Source of the DNA: Eledone cirrhosa
Lineage: Eukaryota
Reading direction: 5' to 3'
Length of the DNA stretch: 64,000 bases
Assembly (NCBI GenBank): GCA_964016885.1
Contig: OZ024743.1
Span: 98,456,001-98,520,000 of the forward strand
Shown here: piece after piece, positions 25,803-36,042 of the stretch
How the letters are laid out: each line of letters begins with the position of its first letter
Numbering within the stretch: the first letter of the stretch is position 1
Translations under genes and position numbers: made by a program
Notes under the pieces: model-generated
What the model was told of the DNA's origin: nothing
The model's input: only the letters and a program-made list of their open reading frames with translations
Database searches by the model: none

Positions 25803-26624
25803 GTGTATGTGTCTGTAATTAGTTTTTGTTTATGTCCCATAACAGCGGGTTGACAAAAAGAGATCGATAACCGCTGTCTTATGACTGAAACAAGAAAAAG
25901 AATGTTGTACAATTTAATCTTGAATATACAAAAAAGATAGGATGGGCATGGCTGGATTGCCTTTGATCACATGCAAGTGTTTACTGTACTATACCAGCTA
26001 TTATTACAAATTAATTTTAGCACATTCAAGTTATGTGAATCACGTCGATATGGATTGAGTGATATCAATGGCTTATAAGGTTCACCACGCATATTACACA
26101 CTTGTTTACAGAGAGAGATAATTCGGTAAATTGGACAAGATATTTTCATTTTATTCAAAGATCTATAACCAATGATACCCACAGTAGTTAGGAAACTGTA
26201 ACATCAGGGGTGTAATTATAATCAACCAGGAATCGAAACCGATTCGCTAACCTTGCCCAACAAAAGCTTATTTCCTCATTCAATGTCGCTTATTCTATTA
26301 TTATACTAGTTATACTTTGAAAAGGTGTGGTTAAATAGCCAAAGCTTTAATCGATTTTAACAATTTCATGACAACAGTAATTTCTGAGTTTTTCTGTTAG
26401 ATATATCATACAAGCTATACCCTGGTTCTCGCATACTAACAGTGGTGGTAATTAACTCGGATAATAAACCAATTAATCTAACACTAATGTTAATAAGTTC
26501 ATCATTTGCAAAATGTGTTACACAATAAAAAAAATCTCATCACAACAATAGCAAGTTAATTAGCTAAATTAATTTCGATTCATATCTCGTTTCAATAGTG
26601 AAAGAAAATTTGAAAACTGAATAC

Positions 26625-29600
26625 GTAAATAAAGTGGACATGGTGGCCGTAGACATGGAATGTTGTCATGTCCTCCCCCACCATGTAAATAAAGTAGACA
26701 TGGAATGTTGTCATGTCCTCCCCCACCATGTAAATAAAGTAGACATGGAATGTTGTCATGTCCTCCACCATGTAAATAAAGTAGACATGGAATGTTGTCA
26801 TGTCCTCCACCATGTAAATAAAGTAGACATGGAATGTTGTCATGTCCTCCCCCACCATGTAAATAAAGTAGACATGGAATGTTGTCATGTCCTCCCCCAC
26901 CATGTAAATAAAGTAGACATGGAATGTTGTCATGTCCTCCCCCACCATGTAAATAAAGTAGACATGGAATGTTGTCATGTCCTCCCCCACCATGTAAATA
27001 AAGTAGACATGGAATGTTGTCATGTCCTCCCCCACCATGTAAATAAAGTAGACATGGAATGTTGTCATGTCCTCCACCATGTAAATAAAGTAGACATGGA
27101 ATGTTGTCATGTCCTCCACCATGTAAATAAAGTAGACATGGAATGTTGTCATGTCCTCCCCCACCATGTAAATAAAGTAGACATGGAATGTTGTCATGTC
27201 CTCCCCCACCATGTAAATAAAGTAGACATGGAATGTTGTCATGTCCTCCACCATGTAAATAAAGTAGACATGGAATGTTGTCATGTCCTCCACCATGTAA
27301 ATAAAGTAGACATGGAATGTTGTCATGTCCTCCACCATGTAAATAAAGTAGACATGGAATGTTGTCATGTCCTCCCCCACCATGTAAATAAAGTAGACAT
27401 GGAATGTTGTCATGTCCTCCACCATGTAAATAAAGTAGACATGGAATGTTGTCATGTCCTCCCCCACCATGTAAATAAAGTAGACATGGAATGTTGTCAT
27501 GTCCTCTCCCACCATGTAAATAAAGTAGACATGGAATGTTGTCATGTCCTCCCCCACCATGTAAATAAAGTAGACATGGAATGTTGTCATGTCCTCCACC
27601 ATGTAAATAAAGTAGACATGGAATGTTGTCATGTCCTCCACCATGTAAATAAAGTAGACATGGAATGTTGTCATGTCCTCCACCATGTAAATAAAGTAGA
27701 CATGGAATGTTGTCATGTCCTCCCCCACCATGTAAATAAAGTAGACATGGAATGTTGTCATGTCCTCCACCATGTAAATAAAGTAGACATGGAATGTTGT
27801 CATGTCCTCCCCCACCATGTAAATAAAGTAGACATGGAATGTTGTCATGTCCTCCCCCACCATGTAAATAAAGTAGACATGGAATGTTGTCATGTCCTCC
27901 ACCATGTAAATAAAGTAGACATGGAATGTTGTCATGTCCTCCACCATGTAAATAAAGTAGACATGGAATGTTGTCATGTCCTCCACCATGTAAATAAAGT
28001 AGACATGGAATGTTGTCATGTCCTCCCCCACCATGTAAATAAAGTAGACATGGAATGTTGTCATGTCCTCCCCCACCATGTAAATAAAGTAGACATGGAA
28101 TGTTGTCATGTCCTCCACCATGTAAATAAAGTAGACATGGAATGTTGTCATGTCCTCCACCATGTAAATAAAGTAGACATGGAATGTTGTCATGTCCTCC
28201 CCCACCATGTAAATAAAGTAGACATGGAATGTTGTCATGTCCTCCCCCACCATGTAAATAAAGTAGACATGGAATGTTGTCATGTCCTCCCCCACCATGT
28301 AAATAAAGTAGACATGGAATGTTGTCATGTCCTCCCCCACCATGTAAATAAAGTAGACATGGAATGTTGTCATGTCCTCCCCCACCATGTAAATAAAGTA
28401 GACATGGAATGTTGTCATGTCCTCCCCCACCATGTAAATAAAGTAGACATGGAATGTTGTCATGTCCTCCCCCACCATGTAAATAAAGTAGACATGGAAT
28501 GTTGTCATGTCCTCCCCCACCATGTAAATAAAGTAGACATGGAATGTTGTCATGTCCTCCACCATGTAAATAAAGTAGACATGGAATGTTGTCATGTCCT
28601 CCCCCACCATGTAAATAAAGTAGACATGGAATGTTGTCATGTCCTCCACCATGTAAATAAAGTAGACATGGAATGTTGTCATGTCCTCCACCATGTAAAT
28701 AAAGTAGACATGGAATGTTGTCATGTCCTCCACCATGTAAATAAAGTAGACATGGAATGTTGTCATGTCCTCCCCCACCATGTAAATAAAGTAGACATGG
28801 AATGTTGTCATGTCCTCCACCATGTAAATAAAGTAGACATGGAATGTTGTCATGTCCTCCCCCACCATGTAAATAAAGTAGACATGGAATGTTGTCATGT
28901 CCTCCCCCACCATGTAAATAAAGTAGACATGGAATGTTGTCATGTCCTCCACCATGTAAATAAAGTAGACATGGAATGTTGTCATGTCCTCCACCATGTA
29001 AATAAAGTAGACATGGAATGTTGTCATGTCCTCCACCATGTAAATAAAGTAGACATGGAATGTTGTCATGTCCTCCACCATGTAAATAAAGTAGACATGG
29101 AATGTTGTCATGTCCTCCCCCACCATGTAAATAAAGTAGACATGGAATGTTGTCATGTCCTCCACCATGTAAATAAAGTAGACATGGAATGTTGTCATGT
29201 CCTCCACCATGTAAATAAAGTAGACATGGAATGTTGTCATGTCCTGCTCCACCATGTAAATAAAGTGGACATGGTGGCCGTAGACATGGAATGTTGTCAT
29301 GTCCTCCCCCACCATGTAAATAAAGTAGACATGGTGGCCGTAGACATGGAATGTCATGTTCTTCCCTACCATGTAAATAAAGTAGACAGAAAGTTGTCAT
29401 GTCCCCCTCCACCATGTAAATAAAGTAGACCTAGAAAGTTGTCATGTCCTGCTCCACCATGTAAATAAAGTGGACAGGGTGGCCGTAGACATGGAATGTT
29501 GTTATGTCCTGCTCCACCATGTAAATAAAGTGGACATGGTGGCCGTAGACATGGAATGTTGTCATGTCCTCCCCCACCATGTAAATAAAGTGGACATGGT

Positions 29601-30110
29601 GGCCGTAGACATGGAAAGTTGTCATGTCCTCCCCCACCATGTAAATAAAGTGGACATGGTGGCCGTAGACATGGAATGTTGTCATGTCCTCCCCCACCAT
29701 GTAAATAAAGTGGACATGGTGGCCGTAGACATGGAATGTTGTCATGTCCTCCCCCACCATGTAAATAAAGTGGACATGGTGGCCGTAGGCATGGAAAGTT
29801 GTCATGTCCTCCCCCACCATGTAAATAAAGTGGACATGGTGGCCGTAGACATGGAATGTTGTCATGTCCTCCCCCACCATGTAAATAAAGTGGACATGGT
29901 GGCCGTAGACATGGAATGTTGTCATGTCCTCCCCCACCATGTAAATAAAGTGGACATGGTGGCCGTAGACATGGAATGTTGTCATGTCCTGCTCCACCAT
30001 GTAAATAAAGTGGACATGGTGGCCGTAGACATGGAATGTTGTCATGTCCTCCTCCGCCATGTAAATAAAGTAGACATGGAATGGAATATTGTCACGTCCT
30101 CCCCACCATG
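26625..30110. repeat. Minisatellite of 39/42-bp units (~60-65) and 60-bp units
   Basis: CATGTAAATAAAGTAGACATGGAATGTTGTCATGTCCTCC(CCC)AC; the 60-mer carries an extra 18 nt between two GACATGG. Confidence 0.97.
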
Positions 30111-30448
30111 TACAACAACCAGCCATGAAGAGGTTAAAACAGAGAATAGACATCAAGTTAAGAACATGATTCGTCAGAAACTATTTTACAAGATATATGC
30201 AATGACTGGTTCCTTACACAAACCTAAATAAATGTTTAGTGCTGGGGAAGCTATTAAAACCTATCACTTCTACACAGACTGCACGCATGTTTTCAGACGA
30301 CACTTTCTGTAACACGTATCAACCAAGTAATTAAGTATAATTCAAGAATAAAACTAAATCTTTTTTTTTAATATATAATTATATTAACTATCAAAACATA
30401 TATACATACACGTATTAATGTGAACAGTGGGATAAAAGAAATACTTAC

Positions 30449-30471
30449 GCTTTGCTTTTTTTAGAACTCAT
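30449..30471 (-). CDS. RAB20: Probable first coding exon of the Rab20-like gene (MSSKKSK+GC)
   Basis: ATG AGT TCT AAA AAA AGC AAA GC then a perfect GTAAGT donor. The phase-2 end joins exon 8024 in frame (MSSKKSKADLKVVILGD). Promoter motifs lie ~220-260 bp upstream. Confidence 0.7.
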
Positions 30472-30688
30472 TAGAGTTTGGTGTGAACATACAGAGTTAG
30501 GGTGCTGGAGACAGGGTGGCAGTAGATACAGGCTTCAGCAATGGCTGAAACTGAAGTAGTCGCCAAACAACACTTAAACATGAAAACTGTTTGTCTACCT
30601 CTAAAAATGAAATGCCAGTTCCTCTCCTTGATATTCACATTAGCCAAAGTAATTGTGTTGAGAAGATCTCCATAGTAGTTGTCATTCC

Positions 30689-30726
30689 CCGGAAGTTCTC
30701 TAGTCACGTGGCCGGTCATTACGTCA
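30689..30726 (-). promoter_or_regulatory. Proximal promoter motif cluster: ETS (CCGGAAGT), E-box/CLEAR-like (GTCACGTGG), CRE/ATF-like (TTACGTCA)
   Basis: Three CpG-containing motifs within 38 bp in CpG-poor DNA, just upstream of the putative first exon. Confidence 0.6.
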
Positions 30727-31449
30727 CTATGTCAAACTTTTAATTGTAATTAAATATAAGCTGGAAATTTCTTAAGAAATAATTATTTTGACTTTGTATA
30801 CTATTTTTTTAATATTAGCCTACTAAGAATAAACTTTTGTTTACTTAATAGCCTGTTTCTAATATGATGATAAAGTAAAGAGAATAGAAAAATTATACTA
30901 AAGAGGTAATAATAATTGTTTCTACTTTAGGCACAATTTGAGGGGGGGCAATTAAATCGAACAAGGGGATTACTGGTACTTTATTTATCGAACCCGTAAG
31001 GATGAAAGGCAAATCTAACATAATTTACCGTTAGGATACAGAGATGAACTACTCGTAAATATATGTAAAAAATAAAAAGCTGGGATTAATTACTCAGTGA
31101 CGCCATCCGCATGAAAAATAATGTCAATCTAACACTAACACATTGAAGCGACCCTAAACAATCTCTTATTTCTCTTTTCATCGTCATTTAAAGATTTATT
31201 TTTATGCTCACTACATTACTTATTGTTTTTATGCAGATGGCCTCCCTGAACAACTAACGTTAATGTTATGGACTATCGCTCTTTCATTCTTTTACTAGTT
31301 TCTGTCATTAAACTACAGCCATGCAATCTTATAGACGCCAGTATTTATGTTTTTCAAGTCTGGTACTTATTTTATCGACCTCTGTTTGTCGAACCACTAT
31401 ATATATTTGTGTGTGCATATATATATATATATATGTGTGTGTGCATAAA

Positions 31450-31783
31450 GTAAAGTAAAGACCCCCTTTGGTCACGAATGACCATGGGATTTGCACTTAG
31501 AAAGTTTCTCCTCTAAGGCACAAGTCTGGGTAAGGTTGTTTGTAGAAGACCAGCAGTTGCCCATACATACCAGCCTCCTCCCTCCACGCCACCAATGGTG
31601 TCCAAGGGAAAGACAATGGCTGATACAGCTTCACACCATCTCATTTCTACAGCTGAGTAAACTGGAGCAACGTGAAATAAAATGTCTTGCTCAAGGACAC
31701 AATGCCTCACCCGGTCTGAGAATTGAACTCACAACCTTCCAGTTGCAAGCCCAATGCTCTAACCACTAAGCCATGCGTCTTCA
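31450..31783 (-). mobile_element. Full-length tRNA-derived SINE with TSD
   Basis: Minus-strand A box TGGCTTAGTGG and B box GTTCAATTC, (CTTTA)n tail, TGTGTGCATAAA duplicated on both sides. Confidence 0.85.
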
Positions 31784-31834
31784 TGTGTGCATAAAACGTA
31801 AACAGAAATAACAAAGCAGACGATACACATATGG

Positions 31835-33230
31835 AGCACCCTCCTCTGCTGCTAATTAGGTCACCTAGATAACAGAAGCTATCAACCCCTTCTATGGAAC
31901 CTTCCTGTGGTTGGAAAAGGTTTATATCACTGCTGCTCTTCCGTTTGATTACTTCTGTGCATCTTCTACATACAAAGTCTTCCTTTCCTGTTAGTCTACC
32001 CATTATCCCATACATCTCTCGTGTACCCAAGATTTACATGATGTACGCTGTTCTCAACACCCTATTTTCTTTCTTACTTACTAGCACTTTAATTTTGATT
32101 TCAAATTCTGTTTCCATAGTCTTTTATGGATTCAGTTGTAAGAACCAGATTATCTACATAGAGAAGTTTCCATGAAACTCCTTTGTTATGGCCTAGAGAA
32201 CTGAAATGAACAGCAGTGGGCTGAGGATTAAACCCTAATGAACTCCTACCTGCACCTTTGAAAAATTCAAAGGAATTCACTTCCTACTCTAACTTTACTG
32301 ACAGCTTCTCTGCACATGGCATGCACTGCTCTCATAAGCCATTCTTCTACACCTAATTTTCTTAAGGACCACCAGATAACATTGAGGTACTCTGTCAAAG
32401 GCCTTTTTTAGATCAACAAAAACTAGATGTAGCAGCTTATTTGTTATCAAAAACATCTCTTGTAGTTGTCTCAGTAAGAAGAGGGCATCTGTAGTACTTT
32501 TTCCAGGCATAAATCAAACTACATCTCATCTAATTTGACTCTTTCCTAATTAACTGTTCTAGAATCTTTCTGTCACTTTCTTAACTTGGTCCATTAGTTT
32601 TATTCCTCTGCAGTCGCTCCTTTCTAAAGCATCACCTTTACCCTTGTAGTAATTTATGATTGTACTATGATACAACCGCGGAGTGGGGAGACCCAAGATG
32701 ACCGGGATGAGGTGATAACCGCGGAGCGTGGAGTGGGGAGACCCAAGATGACCTGGGATGAGGTGATAAAAGCCGACCTTACCCAATTACACCTCTCAAA
32801 GGCAATGACACACGACCGTGACATCTGGCGTCATGCAGTACTACAGAGTACCCGACCTCCCATGGGTACAAGCTGAAGCATATAGTCAATATGCCCCCAC
32901 ACCGCAAGATGGTCATGGAGGTGCCACGGCAAAAAAGCACCCAGCCCACACTGTAAAGTGGACGTGTAGGCGCCATGAAAAAGCACCCAGCACTCACTGT
33001 AAATGAGGTTGGTGTTAGGAAGGGCATCCAGCTGTAGAAATCAAGCCAATCAGTTCCTGTATGAGCAAGGCATGGTCAGCCGACCAGACACTGCCCACAA
33101 CAGGACAACCCGTCTAACTCATGCTAGCGTGGAAGAACGGACGTAAAACGGTGATGATGATGATGACTGCTGCACCAGTCATTGGGTATGACTCCATCCT
33201 GTATTACTTGATTATGTAGGTTACTCGTTC
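31835..33230 (-). mobile_element. Degenerate RTE LINE, interrupted by a plus-strand RTE 3' fragment (~32670-33165)
   Basis: PGKSTTDALF, FVDLKKAFDRVP, DSFCYLGD; the insert has GRPKMTW and a (GAT)n tail. Confidence 0.82.
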
Positions 33231-33664
33231 GACAATCATAATTAAATATATTATCTGAAATGCAACCTTAAATACTTTTGTTGGGAAATAAGTTCTGTTA
33301 GCTACTCATCACACAACTGATTAATAACATTAGAATCAACAACTTGTTTATCCACTCTGTTTTGACATGGAGCTATTTTAGTCCAAGCACCAGTAAGTAA
33401 ATATTTATATTAGGTCATATTAAAAAGTCTTTTTAACTTTCAACTGAAAAAAATATCTATTAACAATAATATTTTCTCCCTTAATATGTGTGTATGTGTA
33501 TGTGTGTGTGTACATAAAACTGCCATTAAATATAACTAGAGGGGAGCATCAACATAGTTGATCGACCTGTTAGAAATAACAACCAAATTCTACTATCTTT
33601 AACTTTTTTGATAGGAACCTACCTAAAACTGCTTCTGGTTTTAATGTTTGTTATAAAGTATCTA

Positions 33665-33960
33665 TCATCATCGTTTAACGTCCATTTTCCATGCTAGCAT
33701 GGGTTAGACGGGAGTTGTCCCACTTGAGGCAAGGTTGGTCAGATGACCATGTCTCGCTCATATAGGACTATCTGGCAGGTTTTCTACAGCTGGATGTCCT
33801 TCCTAATACCAACCACATTTACAGTGTGGAACTGGGAACTTTTTACCATGTTACCTACACAACCACATTACAGCGTGGACTCTTGTGTTTTTTTCTCGTG
33901 ACATCATCATCATCATCACCGTTTTACGTCCGTTCTTCCACGCTAGCATGGGTTAGACCG
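33665..33960 (-). mobile_element. RTE LINE 3'UTR fragments
   Basis: ATCATCATCGTTTAACGTCC tail signature twice. Confidence 0.7.
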
Positions 33961-33984
33961 ACACCTATATTTATTTAAAAACCT

Positions 33985-34323
33985 TCATTTTCATTTCATT
34001 TTACGTCCGCTTTTTCCCTGCTTGCAAGGGTGCGACGGGAACTGATTCTGGCTTGATTTCTACAGCTGGATGCCCTTCCTAACACCAACCTCATTTACAG
34101 TGAGTGTTGGGTGCTTTTTTTGTTGTGGCACCTCCACGACCACTTTGCAGTGGAATGATATGGACCCCAGTCCTTATCATCTCATTTCTACAGCTGAGTA
34201 AACTGGAGCAATGTGAAATAAAGTGTCTTGCTCAAGGAAACAACACATCACTCGGTCTGAGAATTGAACTCACAACCTTTCGATTGCAAGGCCAATGCTC
34301 TAACCACTAAGCCATGTGCCTCC
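33985..34323 (-). mobile_element. tRNA-headed SINE with RTE-derived 3' end
   Basis: tRNA-like head plus a tail matching the RTE 3'UTR at ~32910-33050; second copy at ~37790-38095. Confidence 0.8.
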
Positions 34324-35964
34324 ATTATGATTTTCTGTAAGAACATTTATTAAGTTACTCTGTAAACATCAACTTGCGCAAGAGGAACATTAATCTTGCT
34401 AGTTTTTGATAACCTGTGAAGGCTATGGGCACAACCCCTTGCTTCAAACCAAACCAATTTTATTTTAAATGAATGTATTTTTAGCAATTGTGCAACAGGA
34501 AAGTGAGATTCCAACAACCCTTTTTATATCAATCTGCCCCAAACCACCTCTGGTTCTATGAAACCACTCATTTTAAAGAGTTCTTATTTAAATTAAAACC
34601 TCCTGAAATAATTTTATATAAGAACCATATGTTAAGTTACTACCTTATTAAAGAAATAATAGTCCCTCAAAATAGTCATAAAAGGGTTAATATATTTTAA
34701 TCTTAAAGTAAAAATAATAATAATAAGCATCACAATAATTTATTCTAATATCTTATTATATCGTGGACCAAAGCAATCAATATTTCGTTATATAAATCAG
34801 GACATAAAAATTAGTGGTTTTTTAAATAGCAGTATGGTGAGAGTTAATATGACTTTCTTATTAAAACAATGTACGTATCCAGTTTAGGTACACACTGGAC
34901 CCCTCTGTGTCTAATAGGTAATTAAAAGAGTTGGTAGCAGGAAGGGAATCCAACACATCAAAAAGTACCCCATAATCGGTATGTAGCTTGTCATGGGGTC
35001 CACAAAACTTACTTATCCCTACTTTAGCAGGGAAAGATAGCCTTAAAATACTCATTGTTGTGTATGTGGTGTGTTCTTTATTAAAGCAATGACATTCAAT
35101 GACTAAAGACAAAATATTTACAATATTAATCAGTTACATCATATACTTCACTGAATTAATCATTCAACAGAATTCAAAACATGATTGAAAACACATACTC
35201 AATAATCAGCTTTAAATTTATTCAATAAGTTACAATAGGCATTGTTTAGTATATAAATGTTGTTAGAGGAATTGTTTATTTGGATTAAATATGTTTCCTC
35301 TTGAAAAATATTCAACCATAAAGTTGGAATGGCATCAGTTTTTCAATATCGCAGACTGCAGTAGAGGGAATGGCTTTAGCAAGTATTCAATTGGACACAG
35401 TTGTCCAAGTCCAGCATTTTAATTCACAGCTACTTCCCTTAACCTCTACAGCAGCTGTAAATCTTGACAATAATACAACTCATCATTTTACATCCACTTT
35501 TCCATGTTGATGTGGATTGGATTTGTCATTACAGACCAAGTCAGTTACTTAATTGGAGCTACAATAACCGATATAATAAATAATTATTCCTGACAACCTT
35601 AACAAAGAATCTCAGCTCTTAAATAAGGAATATCTATGAAATGTAAATGAGTTTTGATAATATTAAGCAGTGCAAAGCTGAGAAACAGCTGAAACAATAG
35701 AAAGCCAGCATAGGGTTTTGTTCAGAGTTCAAATCCTATCACAGTTGACTCTATATTTATCCTTCCAGAGTTGATTAAAAGCATATGAGTAACATACTGG
35801 TCTGCTTCTGCTGAATACATGCTCTTGCACACAAAAGTTGCTATGTGAATAGTGTAAAGAAATTTATATTTAATCTATGTGATAGCATCATTTTCTTTTT
35901 TACATGGCAAATCAAATGTAAAAAAAAAATACTATTGGTACTTGAATGTATTATTGCCATCAAG

Positions 35965-36042
35965 TTAACTTGTTATATCAGTAAAGATGCCATATGGTCG
36001 GGAACGTAGTTGGTGGTCATCTCCTAAAGTGTCTCGCACCAT
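35965..36042 (-). CDS. EXOC3: EXOC3 last coding exon with TAA stop
   Basis: [25 protein letters not shown], poly-T/AG acceptor. Confidence 0.88.
   Translation of the reverse strand: MVRDTLGDDHQLRSRPYGIFTDITS

Noticed and set aside
26690-26720. p53 response-element array (AGACATG / CATGTCC)
   Set aside because: Neither CATG sits in a full RRRCWWGYYY half-site.
26569-29423. 926-948 aa ORFs, one resembling His/Gly-rich squid beak proteins
   Set aside because: Open on both strands, near-identical at DNA level with no synonymous variation, no signal peptide, intronic. Not called as CDS.
31690-31783. tRNA genes at A/B-box motifs
   Set aside because: These are SINE heads continuing into SINE core and tail; no full cloverleaf is evident.
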